64,000 nt of DNA from contig OX597818.1 in assembly GCA_951406725.2 (NCBI GenBank), forward strand, positions 107,074,001 through 107,138,000, written 5' to 3'. The notes below the pieces were generated by a model. That model did no database searches. It worked only from the letters and a program-made list of their open reading frames with translations, and was not told where the DNA came from. The position numbers were made by a program, and so were the translations under genes. Source of the DNA: Octopus vulgaris (Eukaryota). Below are positions 26,432 to 39,974 of this stretch, in pieces. Each line of letters opens with the position of its first letter. Positions within the stretch are counted from its first letter, which is position 1.

Positions 26432-28790
26432 TTATTTTCAATGATTAATTTAAACATATGAAATATGTTATAAATTTATATATATATATATTTCCAATAG
26501 ACATGTTTAATATATATTTCAAGCATTGGTCTTATCCATTGTGCACTGTATCATATATTGCTGAATATAACTTAGATGCTCCTTCATTATTTATGTATTT
26601 TGATAATGTAATTACATAAATAACAATGTTTTATGTCAATGAAACAGCTGTTGAGCACAATTAAATTATGAAATGTGTGTGAAATTTATGCCTTTCTGTT
26701 TTTTTATTCTAAATATGCTGCTCTCAGCAATCATTTTAGCTGATTCTATACACACATGCAAGTTTGTTTCACCAGAATTTACTGCATTCTAATAACATAG
26801 TGGAGTTTAAAGTTTTATTATTGGAGCTTTTAATAACTGTGGATATATTTTTTGATACTCATACATCAACTGTATGTGTCTGTATGTGTGCATATAAGTT
26901 TGTGTCTGAGTGTGTGCATATACCTGTGTGTACATCTATGTGTGTGCTTGGATGTATGTAAAGTGAATGCAGATTTGGTTTCATAAATCAGATTGCTGAT
27001 TATTGCCATATCATTTTTAAAAATAAAAAGAAAAAAGCTCACTATGGAAACAAAACCGAAAGTTTGAAATCTATGAAATATCTATATTTAGCATAAAAAG
27101 AAACAAAACAAAAGAAAAACTGTACAAATATATAAAATACATTTATTTCTGCAAGAAATAACTTTCTGATCATCATCACTTTTCACAATTGTTAAACTTA
27201 TTCATCCTCATTTTCATTCGCCCCCTTCTCTTCATTTCCCTCCAGCTTTTGTATCACACACAGATTTTTTGTCTCTCACCCCTTCCCTTTCTATCTGTAT
27301 CATTCTCTTTGGCATTCATTCTTTATACCTGTGTTATTCTCTGTCTAATTCTTCCTCTGTAATACCGACCTCTATCTTTCTTTCCATCTCTCCTCTGTTA
27401 CTGTTGTTACCTCTTTCTCTTTTATTTTTTTTTATCTGTCCCACCCTCTCTGTAGCTGTGTATTTGTATGGCTGTATGCCCTATAAGTTATTGACTCCTA
27501 ACTTATCAATCTCCAAGCCACCCATTTATGTAATCTGCCACTTTTTATACAACTTTTTCATTACTTTCAGCAAAGTCACTGCTTTCTCCTTTCAATGTAA
27601 TAGAATGAGAGAAAGCAACCAGCAAAATATCTTTATGTATATATCACAATAGTAAAATTTAGATCTGGATGTACTATAAATATAGAACACATCGTGGGAC
27701 ACTGAGAAAAAGAAAATCAAATTTTGTACATGAAATATACTTTTATTCTTTTAGAAATACTTTTATATTTCTCATTCTCACAGCGTTCATTAAGCAAAGC
27801 AAGAAGATAGGAATAAAAATTATAATGCTTATTAGACATGCTGCCATTGTTGCAAAATGTGGTCGTTAAAGCTGATTATTGGAAACACGAATGAGTATAC
27901 ACATATACATACATGTGACGCTGTATGTGTTTGTGCATCCATACATGCATGAGGCAAATGGTCACTAAAACATCTCAATGTTCTCTAACAGAACTTGTAT
28001 GAAATATTCCGACATATTTTCTGTATGAAGTGTATTTGAGGACCATTCTAGTGATTTGATTTGTTCACACAGACATATAAACATAGCACCAACTACCTGT
28101 TGAGTCATTGTGCAATCTCACTGATTAAATATTTTGCTTTGATGATCTAAAACTGTATTACTTGGATTCATATGTATATATATATATATCCACCAAACAC
28201 ACATATAATGTGTGTATTGTGTATCTGTGTGTGTACATGTGTGCGTTTAAAATTCTATAGGTTTATGTGTGTATTTATTCTGTGTCTAAGTAGTTTATGA
28301 ATAATGCTTGCTATGCAGAAGGCAAGGTAGACACGAAGGGAGATGTGATCAGCAGAAAAGCATGTGGTGTAAGAAGTGACAGGTCATTAGTAACCAGAGG
28401 AATGCTATGAAGAACAGAACAGAACTCTGGGATTCGCCTGATGGAATGTAGGTCGGAGAGAGAGCACCATCAATGTAATACTGCAAAAGAGGGGCCTGAC
28501 TGGAAATTTCTGAATTAAGATGTAGGTAAACAACTTAGCCAGGTTCTCACTGTTCAAAGCCTAATATCAACAATAACACAGCATGCACTGAATTTCCCTG
28601 GGTCTCGTATCACCCGTACATGGCAGACACAATGATATGCAAACATGCGCAAATATAAGCATGCACACACACACATACACACACACACACACACACAGTC
28701 ATCTTTGTGAATAAATTCTTTGATAAGAATGTTTACTCTGAAGTGTTTATGAGGAACTGAAAAATCTGTGGCAATAAAACATGGTTTGCA

Positions 28791-28986
28791 TTTGCATATA
28801 GAAATTAGTAATTCCATGAAAATTATCCACCATGAACCTCCCTGAAGGGGAATACGGAGAATGGGCTGAGACTTGCGCAATATCAACCAGAAAATGAATT
28901 GGAACTCCATACAAATAGGCATGGAAACTATTGAACAAAACAACAAAAACTTCAGAGAGAAATTCTTCAGATTCCACACAGAGTCT
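28791..28986. repeat. Local direct duplication, copy 1
   Basis: Near-identical to 29920-30106 apart from a 9-bp indel and two substitutions. Confidence 0.95.
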
Positions 28987-29552
28987 TTGCTTCTAATTAA
29001 ATGGTAAAATGCAGTTAACAGCCAATAATGTTGTTGCAGCAGAACTTTACACCTGCACAAGCGATATTTAATTAATCTTAACTACATCATACACCACTAG
29101 TCTAATTAGTTCAAACAACACCATTGTCTTGTTTGCAATGTCTCTTATATTCATAAACAACTCACAAGATCTTTTATTCTCTTTGTCCTTCTGTCACTTA
29201 AACATTGTTAAGTATTTCAGAATTCTTACTTTGCTCAAAAGATGTAATTATAATTTTAGGAATACTTTATTCTTTAACAAACACTGCCAACTCTTGCCAT
29301 AGTTTTATTATAGACTTTTAGTTGTTGATTTTCAAATGCCTTTGTTTCTGTTTTTCTTTTGGGGGGGATTAGTCATTTAAGAAATGGTTGTTCATATCAT
29401 TAAGGATATTATTTTAATTAATTTATAAAAACCTTGGATTATTATCTTTTAAGTATGCTAGTTACCCCTTTTGACAAATGATTTTTCCATAGAGAATCAA
29501 CCAGACATTGCTTTACTGCTTTACCAAAAAATGGTTGTGTGTGCGTATGCGT

Positions 29553-29597
<45 letters not shown>

Positions 29598-29598
<1 letters not shown>

Positions 29599-29830
29599 GG
29601 AGGCACATGGCTTAGTGGTTAGTGCATTGCATTCTTGATTGTAAGATTATGGTATTGATTCCTGGACTAAATGACAACGCATTGTGTCTACCAGCAAAAC
29701 ATTTCATTTCACATTTGACTGACAGAAATAAATGATCCAGGGCTGTACTGGTGTCCTATCCAGGTGTAGGATACATTGACCGCAAAATCCAGGAAACTGG
29801 TTTTATGACCTAATGGATCAAGTAGGACCT
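29598..29830 (+). mobile_element. tRNA-derived SINE family D, diverged
   Basis: ggaggcacatggcttagtggttag A-box; homologous to 38641-38885. Confidence 0.7.
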
Positions 29831-29919
29831 TTCATATTTTTCATACACAGATACATACATGCCTGCATACATACATACATGTGTGTGTGTGTGTGTGCAT
29901 GTGTATCAGAAAACTTATT

Positions 29920-30106
29920 TTTGCATATAGAAATTTGTAATTCCATGAAAATTATCCTCCCTGAAGGGGAATACGGAGAATGGGCTGAGACTTGCGCAAT
30001 ATCAACCAGAAAATGAATTGGAACTCCATACAAATAGGCATGGAAACTATTGAACAAAACAACAAAAACTTCAGAGAGAAATTCTTCAGATACCACACAG
30101 AGTCTT
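29920..30106. repeat. Local direct duplication, copy 2
   Basis: See copy 1. Confidence 0.95.
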
Positions 30107-30419
30107 AAAACAAATTTTAGTTATTTAAATTTTAATAAATCAAAATTTAAAAAACTAAAATTATTAAAATACAATACCAGTTTCAACAATATTTTTGTTT
30201 TGCAGTGATAAATAAATAAATATATCCTAAGGCAACATTCATTACAGCAACATTCATCCTAAACCAGGACTGCCATGTTATGTTGGCAAACAATCTTTAC
30301 TTCATAGTACTGCATCTAAAATATATCTATGCATGTATGCATAAGGGCATTTACATGCATACATAAGTGGATTTGTTTACAAGTATGCGTTTACATATAT
30401 ATATATCCTGTCTCCACCT

Positions 30420-30565
30420 CATCTCTCCCTGTTTTTTTCTGTGTTCCTTTCTGTGGAAGAGTATAGGCTCGAAACATTAAAGACTTTTTCACTTCCCAAG
30501 CATCAAACTAATACATCTGTTTGTTGTCTACACCACCTGTCTTTTGTTTTTTTGCTTTCCCCCCC
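30420..30565 (+). mobile_element. Penelope-type terminal repeat fragment with hammerhead-like motif
   Basis: Homologous to 46900-47080 and to the 3' stub at about 11950; flanked by (TA)n. Confidence 0.6.
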
Positions 30566-30618
30566 ATATATATATATATGTGTGTGTGTGTGTATGTATG
30601 TATATATATACATACACA

Positions 30619-30656
<38 letters not shown>

Positions 30657-30665
<9 letters not shown>

Positions 30666-31100
30666 TAAATTAGAGATAAAACCACTATTGGGCAAAACAA
30701 ACAATGAAAAACATAAACCAAAACATAAAAATAAAAATAATTAATATAATATGCAAAATATATAAAATATAAAATTTTAATACTTTTAATACTTTTTGAT
30801 AGTTATATATATTTGATAAAAAAAAAAAAAAAAATAAAAATAAAAATTTATAAATATAAGTTAATAATTTTAATTTTAAATTTAAATAATTTAAATTTTT
30901 AAATTTTATATTTTATATATTTTGTATATTATATTAATTATTTTTATTTTTATGTTTTGGTTTATGTTTTTCATTGTTTGATTTGCCTAATAGTGGTTTT
31001 ATCTCTAATTTAATTTATATTTATACTGTGAAATTAGATTTAATCCTAAAGCTAATTTTTCCCTGTAAGTTTGGATTTACTCCCAAAATATTGTAATTAT
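30657..31100. mobile_element. AT-rich fold-back element (~120-bp arms) with one-sided ~80-bp extension
   Basis: ataaattaaattagagataaaaccactattgggcaaa.. is the rc of ..tttgcctaatagtggttttatctctaatttaatttat (ends about 31020). Confidence 0.75.
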
Positions 31101-31106
31101 TATATA

Positions 31107-32208
31107 TCATCATCATCATCATCATCGTTTAACGTCCGCTTTCCATGCTAGCATGGGTTGGACGGTTCAACTGGGGTCTGGCAAGCTCGAAGGCTGCATC
31201 AGGCCAGTCAGATCTGGCAGTGTTTCTACAGCTGGATGCCCTTCCTAACGCCAACCACTCCGAGAGTGTAGTGGGTGATTTTATGTGCCACCAACACAGG
31301 TGCCAGACGAGGCTGGCAGACGGCCACGCTCGGATGGTGTTTTTATGTGCCACCGACACAGGTGCCAGACGAGGCTGGCAGACGGCCACGCTCGGATGGT
31401 GTTTTCTTATGTGCCACCGACACAGGTGCCAGACGAGGCTGGCGAATGGCCACGCTTGGATGTTGTTTGTTACGTGCCCACAGCACGGAGGCCAGTCAAT
31501 GCGGTACTGGCTACGGTCACGTTCGGATGGTTTTCTTATGTGCCACCCACAAGGATACAAATTCCATTGATGTTCATCTATTTTTATTTGGTTTGATTTG
31601 ATTTGATTTTGATTTTGATTTTTGATTTTCACTTGCCTTAACAGGTCTTCACAAGTGTCACAAGGAGGAAGGTATGCACAGGTGGACTGACTACGTCCCA
31701 GGTAGGGGCCATGGGCTATGGCTTCACTAGTCTTGTCGGGTCTTCTCACGCACAGCATACTTCCATAGGTCTCGGTCTCTAGTCATTTCCATGGTGAGAC
31801 CTAACATTCGAAGGTCATGCTTCACCACCTCGTCCCAGGTTTTCCTGGGTCTACCTCTTCCATGGGTTCCCTCAACTGCTAGGGATTGGCACTTTCTCAC
31901 ACACCTATCTTCATCCATTCTCGCCACATGACCATACCAGCGCAATCGTCTCTCTTGCACACCACAACTGATACTTCTTAGGTACAACATTTCTCTCAAG
32001 GTACTAACGCTCTGTCGAGTATGTACACTGACATTACACATCCATCGGAGCATACTGGCTTCATTCCTCACGAGCTTACGCATGTCCTCAGCAGTCACGG
32101 CCCATGTTTCACTGCCATGTAGCATGGCTGTTCGTACACATGCATCATACAGTCTGCCTTTTACTCTGAGCGAGAGGTCTTTAGTCACCAGCAGAGGTAA
32201 GAGCTCCC

Positions 32209-32210
<2 letters not shown>
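31107..32210 (-). mobile_element. RTE-clade LINE, 5'-truncated, young (open ORF C-terminus, 3'UTR VNTR, (GAT)n tail)
   Basis: ORF 31727-32188: [43 protein letters not shown], the RTE RT C-terminal signature; ~62-bp tandem repeats at 31275-31470. Confidence 0.92.
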
Positions 32211-32211
<1 letters not shown>

Positions 32212-32275
<64 letters not shown>

Positions 32276-32394
32276 ATATATATGTATATATATATATACA
32301 TATATTTATGTATATGTATATGTATATATATGTGTGTGTTTGTGTGTGTATATATATATGTATATGTATGTATATATGTATATATATATGTATA

Positions 32395-32441
<47 letters not shown>

Positions 32442-32469
32442 ATATATAAATATATATATATATGTATAT

Positions 32470-32500
<31 letters not shown>
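32212..32500. repeat. (TA)n/(TG)n compound microsatellite
   Basis: Direct reading. Confidence 0.9.
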
Positions 32501-32501
<1 letters not shown>

Positions 32502-33809
32502 GCATGCATGAACAAGTATTTGTGTTTCAGTAGGTGTTCAATGTTTGTGCATATGTAGAAAAGAAAATTTGACTCAGTTTTTCTAAGCAGCAGTTATTTT
32601 CATATTTTCGACATGGCTATTTTAGAAAGAGTTGATGGCATAATGTATAATTCGTTGATGCAATATCATATTTTATGCATCTTCTCCTCACCTTGCTATC
32701 CATCCTGTTAGCAACGTTTAATTTCACTTTCAATGTATGTTGAAGAGATCAAACCAAGTTTTTCTATTGAAAATCCTTTTCCTAACCATTTAACTGCAAC
32801 ATTTTAATTCATGAAGCTGTGCTCTGACTCTGTGATCTCAACCACTTGAGATGTTCCTTGGATTTCTTACCATATTCCTGCCCTTCCTTCAAGTCCAATA
32901 ATCTATTTCTTCATATTGTTTTCTTTTGAATCCTTCCCGCTGAATCTCTTATTTAGTTTCTATACTTCTTTGTTCACTGCTGCATTAGTACCTCTTTTAC
33001 GAGGACAGAGAATTTGAAAATTCTTTTGATCATGTTCAACTGGTTTTATGGATGAGTCTGTGACTTTTACTATTTCAATTTGGTAGTTTGCATCTGCATA
33101 GGAGACATTATACTCTTATAATTTCATTGCATTTTATTATATTTCACATCATTCTGTAATCTGCTACCAGACTTGATTCTGTTTAGTTTTCTTGGCCTCG
33201 AAGTTGAAGACTGCAAAATTCAATTCCAGAAACTACACATCAATAAAGGATAAGCATTTGTGCACTGATTCTTGACAAATTCAGTAACTGCAACCATAAA
33301 AACTAAATCTCCCATGCAAGCAAGTAATTTGTGAATGTGTAAGTATCTCTCTACAGCTGCACCCTTTTCACAAAATTTCAAGAGAATTATCTATAAACTG
33401 TCAGCATAAAGATCAATAAGATTTTCTGTTATTGGACATAAGAGTATAATTTAATGTCTGTTTAAAGAAGTGGTTTTATTGTCACAAACCTTTGGTGATA
33501 TTTCATGCTAAAAGAAAACGTTTCCAAAACTTTGTTATGCTACCTAACATGGTATCCTCCTGTCATGTCTACGGGTACCCTTAACTGGGTTCACTCTATT
33601 GTGAACCTTCAGCGCAGACAACCAATTCCTTCCATTCCCTCCATATTTTCCTGAAGACATTGACTAATAAATGCTCTGATTAGTCACCAGATATGACCAT
33701 CCCACGAGACTGGGACAGCTTGAAATAACCAGTGCCATTGCTCCTTCTGAAAAGAGCAAATACCTCACTGGAAACAAAAGCATTAGAAATCACAGAATTC
33801 ATTTCATTT

Positions 33810-34195
33810 TCTTTTTACCTGTTTCAGCCATTAGACAGTGGTCATGCTGGAGCACTGCCTTAGTTGAATGAATCATTCCCAGCACTTATTTTATTTTGTA
33901 AAGCTTGGAACTTATTCTTTTGGTTCTTTTGCTGAACCGCTAAGTTATGGGGACATAAACACACCAACACCGGTTTTCAAGTAGTGGTTTTGGACAAACA
34001 CAGATACAAAGACACACAACACACACATATATATATGGCAGGCTTCTTTCAGTTTCCATCTACCAAATCCACTCACAAAGCTTTGCTTGGTCCAAGGCTA
34101 TAGTAGAAGACACTCGTTCAAGGTGCCACACAGTGGGACTGAACCCAGAATCATGTGGTTGGGAGACAGACTTCTTACCACACAGCTGCTCTTGC
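33810..34195 (-). mobile_element. SINE family A
   Basis: Reverse complement of the family A body and head. Confidence 0.85.
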
Positions 34196-35399
34196 ATTTG
34201 AGGGATGGATTAGAATTGATTAGAATTGGAAAGTATCATTTGGCCGAATGTTAGACATTGGGATTCCCAGGATTACAAGCGACTACAAATGGAGTATTTA
34301 TGTTTTTGTCTTTGCCTTCATTTGGAGGGTTTCTCTATGAAAGATTGCAATTCCTTTTGTATTGGTTATGGTATTCTTTACTGCAATTTTGGGGTATCTT
34401 TGATGCTGAAAGAATAGTTTAGTTCTCCCAGTCTCATCTCACAACTTCTTGAGTCAGTAATTAGTAAACATATACGACTTCCCATATCAAATTAGACCTT
34501 TCTTTTAATATGGATGGATAGAACAACCCAAAATGCATTCCAGTGTGTCTGTGTCCTTGCAGTAGAAATTTGTTGTAATAATTTCAGTTTCAGACATTGC
34601 CAAAATATCCAGAAAGGAATTTCCGTTTTGTTCGTTTTTATTACGAATTAGATTGATTCATGTGTGCTAGTCATTAATTCCAATGACTTTGTAAGGTCTT
34701 CCTTACTTCTGTTTCGAAATATGAAGCAATCATCCAGGAATTTTATTCACTTTTCTCTAAGATAGAAGTGGAAATGAAAATTAAAGGCAATTCCTGATCG
34801 AGCATTTTTTTTTTTAATTCTTAGAATCCCATTTCTAGTGTTGCAGATGTGTGTGCAGCTTCTGAACCCTTTGCTGCCCTCTTTTAGATGAAAGTAATAT
34901 TGGTTGTCAATGAATTAACTGTTTTCTAGCACCAATTGTAAACTTAATATAAATTCTTTAGGGATTCTCTCCTGAATTCCCTGTTGATCTTTGTCAAACC
35001 AGAATTCTGCAGCTTCCAAATGGGATATTTCTTAATCCAAATGGGATATTTTTGTAGAGATTGGTCACATCATAACTAACCAGGATCATCTTCATATTTA
35101 CTCTTTCTCGAATGTGGTTTAGGAAGCTCATATAATCACCAAAAAAACTAGGAACCAATTTGCATAATGTTTACAAAATGATGTCCTTAAATTGTTTAAT
35201 TTTGGTCCTTTGATAATTGGACAAATTTTAAGTCAGTTTGGGAACCTTTCTGAATGAAGTTCCTTTAAGTTGATATGTGTTTCTTTTGGTCATCCATAAA
35301 AGTTTGTTTTTACCTCAAAATTAGTGACATAATCAAACTGGGTTTCTGCTTAATTGTTTATCAACTTGTTTGTGTATTTGGTTTGTTCATTGTTTCTCT

Positions 35400-35772
35400 T
35401 TTTATTTGCTTCTGTCATTAGACTGCAGCCATGGTGGGGCACTCCTTTGGAGAACTTTAGACAGCCAAACTTTTTCCGAGGCTGGTATTTATTCTATTGG
35501 TCTCTTTTGTCAAACTGCTAAGTTATGAGAACATAAACACATCAGCATCAGTTGTCAATCAGTGGTGGGGGAAAAACATAGACACAAAGACAGATACATA
35601 GATAGACAGATAGATATATTGATGAAATTCTTTTAATTTCCCTCTACCAAATCCACTCACAAGGCTTTAGTCAGCTTGAGGCTGTAGTAGATGCTTGCCC
35701 AAGATACCATGCAGTGAAACTGAACCCAGGACCGTGTGGTAGGGAAGCAAACCTCTTACCACACAGCCATAT
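35400..35772 (-). mobile_element. SINE family A nested in the Penelope element
   Basis: Reverse complement of family A. Confidence 0.8.
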
Positions 35773-35775
35773 CTG

Positions 35776-36070
35776 CATCATCATCATCGTTTACGTCCGT
35801 TTTCCATGCTAGCATGGGTTGGACGGTTCAACTGGGGTCTGGGAAGCCAAGAGGCTGCACCAGGCCCAGTCTGATCTGGCAGTGTTTCTACAGCTGGATG
35901 CCCTTCCTAATGCCAACCACTCTGTGAGTGTAGTGGGTACCTTTTACGTGCCACCGGCACAGGTGCCAGGGGAGGCTGGCAGTGGCCACAATCAGTTGGC
36001 GCTTTTTTACGTGCCACCGGCACAGAAGCCAGTCTAGGTGGCGCTGGCATCGGCTGTTGGCGCTGGCATC
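35776..36070 (-). mobile_element. RTE-tail element nested in the Penelope element
   Basis: Near-identical to 31107-31300. Confidence 0.85.
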
Positions 36071-36984
36071 CAGTTTCTAATTTTTGTGGAAATGATAGTT
36101 ATTTCAGTCATTCTAAGACCATTTCCTTGCATTGGATCTTGTCCAATATGAGAAAGGTTCCTTCTTTGTCAGCTTTCTTAATGACAATAGAGGTATCTTT
36201 CTGTAGATATTCCATCTTCTTTGTTCTTTAGTTGTAATGTCTGATTCTGTATAACTGGATGGATTGTTAGGGTTTACCATATTTTTCAGACACATTATAT
36301 ATTCCTTATGTGTTTACTCCTGTTCATCAAAGATTTAAATTCATTTTTATTTTTACATTTGATGGATTTTTATAATCGTTCTTTTGGAAGAATTGCCACA
36401 GAAATAATTCTGTACAAAATTCTCCAATATCTTTTATAAGATCTGTCATATCAGGTTTTAGAGTTGTAAGGAATTTAAGTCCAAACTCCAAAAGCTTTAT
36501 TTTATTATTCATAAGGTTTTTTTCTGATAAACTTATTATTGTTGGATTAGTTGCACAAGTCTTTCCTTGATTGTTATGCACCTATATGTGTGTATGTGTG
36601 TGCACGCACATGCACGTGTGCATGTTCTTGTGTATTTAATATTCTAAAATGGAAAGAGATTTGAAGAATTGCTTTGGTCCAGTGGTAGAACACCAGTCAT
36701 GTTTACAGGAGAAGTGGGTCAAACTCACACGAGCAGTCTTTGACTTATGCTATCCAAAGGGCTTCTAACTCAGTCTTTATATACTACCTTTTATAGCTTT
36801 ATTGGCTTCGAGATTCATTTCCCATTCCAAAAGTTTCTAAATTCTTATGACATAAGTCTTATATCTGTACATATATATTTGAACTTGTTTTTCTATCATC
36901 ACAATCAGCATCATCATCATCATCATCATCATCACTATCGTTTTAACGTCCACTGTTTTTATGTTTTTATGTATTCTTTTATTC

Positions 36985-37370
36985 TTTTATTTGTTTCAGT
37001 TATTTGACTGCAGCCATGCTGGAGCACCACCTTTTTTTAGTCGAGCAAATTGACCCCAGGACTTATTCTTTGTAAGCCTAGTACTTATTCTATCGGTCTC
37101 TTTTTGCTGAACTACTAAGTTACGGAAACATTACTACACCAGCATCAGATGTCAAGCGATGTTGGGGGAACAAGCACAAACACAACCACACACACACACA
37201 CACACACACATATACAACAGGCTTTTTTCAGTTTCCGTCTACCAAATCCACTCACAAGGCTTTGGTTGGCCTGAGGCTGTAGTAGAAGACACTTGCCCAA
37301 GGTACCATGCAGTGGGACTGAACCCAGAACCATGTGGTTGGTAAGCAAGCTACTTACCACACAGCCACTC
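36985..37370 (-). mobile_element. SINE family A
   Basis: Reverse complement of family A, full length. Confidence 0.88.
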
Positions 37371-38109
37371 ATATAATACTTATTTCAATGTGCACTTCCG
37401 AGATTGTTGTACCTTCAGTCATATCCTGCTTTTGTGCTGGTGATTTGAATGTTGTTGTTCAACCCTTGGTCCATCCTAATATGGTAAATTTACTATAATC
37501 AAAGTTATACCAGTCATAACCATTGCATAATTTTCTATATTGTCTTTCTATGTTTTATTTAAAATGTAATTAGAAAGTAATTTGACTGCTATTTATAACT
37601 GGTCAACAACCATGGGGGAACCTCTATTTCTGTTTACTTTGGTTGATGGCTGTTATTGCTACTGTTGTTGTTGTTATTATTGAGGATGAGGAAGTGGGTG
37701 GGGATAAGAGAAATAAATTGTTAACTCTTTTTAAATTCGATTGTTTTTATTTTTACATTTCCTTCCTGCCTCTGAATTCACTGAAGACTGTACTCCATTG
37801 ATGAAATTAAAACAAGATCCCAGCATGTCCAGATTTGTCCCTTGCAGAAAATTAATATAATAATATTTGTTAATTAACTCTGTGTTTTAATTTTCATCAC
37901 AAATTAGTAGGCCCTCTGCCTTGTACAATCCATATTCTTTGTTTTAATTTATTGCAAGAATGAAGTGCAAACACTGCTGATAGAAATCGGTTTTGAGCTG
38001 TTCAGCATGGCGTTTTGAATATGCTGCCTTGATGTTTCCATTATATTTATTCCTATTAAAAATTTGGAAGGTACTCAGAGGAGAGATCAAGAGAAATGCT
38101 TACAGGCTG

Positions 38110-38325
38110 AATATTGGTTTCACATTTTGGTACAAGGATTGCAGCTTTGAGTGGAGAAGGAACTCAACAACATCATCATCTAGTGTACTTAATTTATCAA
38201 ACCCCAAAAAGATGAAAGGCAAAGTCAACCTCAATGGAATTGGAACTCAGTAAATGAAGATAGGCAAAATGCTTCTAAGCGTTTTGTTCAACATACAAAT
38301 GATTCTACCAGCTCGCTGCCTTCTT
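38110..38325 (-). mobile_element. SINE family E (Nin-like)
   Basis: aaagatgaaaggcaaagtcaacctc..ttggaactcag. Confidence 0.65.
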
Positions 38326-38640
38326 CACACTTAATATTCATCTACTTATTACTGCCAAATGGTATAAAAAGCATCAGGAAAAATGCCGTGCGTTTTTCTG
38401 TTCTGGTTGGTTGCGTTCTAAGTTCATATCTTACCAAGGTCAACATTGTCTTTCATTAGAGCATGGTTGGTAAATAAGGGACCAATCAATGGGTGTTGAG
38501 TTTAAAAACTGTTAGAGCATCATATGGGATGCTTAGCAGAATTTGTTCTTTCTCTTTGTGTTATGAATTCAAATCCTCTCATGGGTTTTGGCTACTTGAC
38601 ATCATATATAATAATATAATAATGATATAATAATAATATG

Positions 38641-38885
38641 TGGAGGCACGTGGCTTAGTGGTTAGGGTGTCAGCATCATGATCGTAAGATTGTGGTTTCG
38701 ATTCCTGGACCAGGCGACGCGTTGTGTTCTTGAGCAAAAAACTTCATTTCACATTGCTCCAGTCCACTCAGCTGGCAAAAATGAGTAATGCTGCGATGGA
38801 CTGGCGTCCCGTCCAGCTGGGGAACACATATACCATGGAAACCAGGAAACTGGGCCCATGAGCCTGGCTAGGCTTTAAAAAAGGA
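38641..38885 (+). mobile_element. tRNA-derived SINE family D
   Basis: A-box tggcttagtgg, B-box gtttcgattcc, central ttgtgttcttgagcaa..gcgatggactggcgtcccgtccag; inserted in an (ATA)n tract. Confidence 0.85.
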
Positions 38886-39974
38886 CACATTTATATTTTT
38901 TTTATAATAATAATATAATAATAATATAACAATATACTAATAATAATATAATAGTAATATAATAATAATATATAGCTTAATCCATCACCATTTGTTCTTC
39001 TGTGTCTTTAGCAGCATCCAGTATTTGAACCAAATCGTCAGTTTGATGATACCGTTCTGCTTCCCTTCCATAAGTCTTAGAGGCCCTATAAAGGATTATC
39101 ACTATTGCTCTTTTGAAAATAATGACGAAAGTATCAAGATTGCAAATATATTGGTCTACAGAAGTGTTTTGGGATTGTCTCAGCCAAAGCAGTCGGATTA
39201 TTGTCTTCATTGCCATAATCTTTGTCTCTTGTTTTTTTTTTAACATCCAGCATAAGTCGGATTAATCTCCAATACAAATATCATCTTCATCTTATGCAAT
39301 CTCATTTATAAAGCCCTGTGTTCTCTGATCTGGTTTCATCATCTCTTCAACAAGATTTCTTTTGTCTACTTCAATGTTGGAGACATTTTCTTTTGTTGAC
39401 TCACAACAGCTTCTTTTTATGGATTTATGTATTCCTCTAACATGTTTCAACACCAGTGAAGCTGCCACCTCTGTCTCTCATACCATTCACCTTCTCATTC
39501 AAACGATGGTGATGGTTCTACAGCAGTATTGTCATATAATCCAGGAGCATTATTGATTTGTCTGGGCTTTTTTAATAGCTAATGGCTGGAAACTGTGTGG
39601 AATGTGGTTTCCTTCCTACAGGTCTTTCAACTTTTTACTACTTTGATCTTTATATTTTCCCAAAAGACTACCTACTAAGTAACATCCACAATATTTATAT
39701 AGCATCTCTTTGGAAATGGTAATCCATTCCATGTATTTACACCAACGCAACTCATCTGTTAACAGGATAGACAAATTGGATAAAATAGACATAGATACAT
39801 TATGCCTAAACAAAAAGTGAGGGATTGTCATGGCTGGAACATTGGTGATTATCACTTTGATGGATCAGGCTGACCTAAAGCTGAATAACAGCAACAGCAG
39901 TAATGACAACAACAACAACAACCTGTCAGTGTCTGTCATTGTTTCTCTCTCGTTAGATATGTAAGGATATCCAA

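Larger units (their letters stand above)
34630..36580 (-). mobile_element. Penelope-like element, decayed RT, split by nested insertions
   Basis: N-terminal LSEKNL..LLEFGLKF (36330-36560), ADKEGTFLILDK (about 36150), LVSYDVTNLYKNIP (about 35060), VLENS..YF..AKGSEAAHTSATLEMGF, FLDDCFIF (about 34730). Confidence 0.85.

Noticed and set aside
28554-29060. 168-aa minus-strand ORF over the duplicated segment
   Set aside because: No recognisable domain, runs through a (CA)n tract, no clear splice signals
31275-31470. Regularly spaced repeats suggestive of a CRISPR array (also 43490-43735, 46114-46429)
   Set aside because: Head-to-tail tandem units without unique spacers, no cas genes, eukaryotic retroelement context
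32650-33350. Possible ancient LINE RT (rc YADA near 33095)
   Set aside because: Too degenerate; no second motif could be confirmed
38641-38715. tRNA gene candidate (A and B boxes)
   Set aside because: Continues into a SINE body with a second copy at 29598; no convincing acceptor stem
38977-39610. Possible decayed RTE/BovB-like fragment on the minus strand
   Set aside because: Only vague motif similarity
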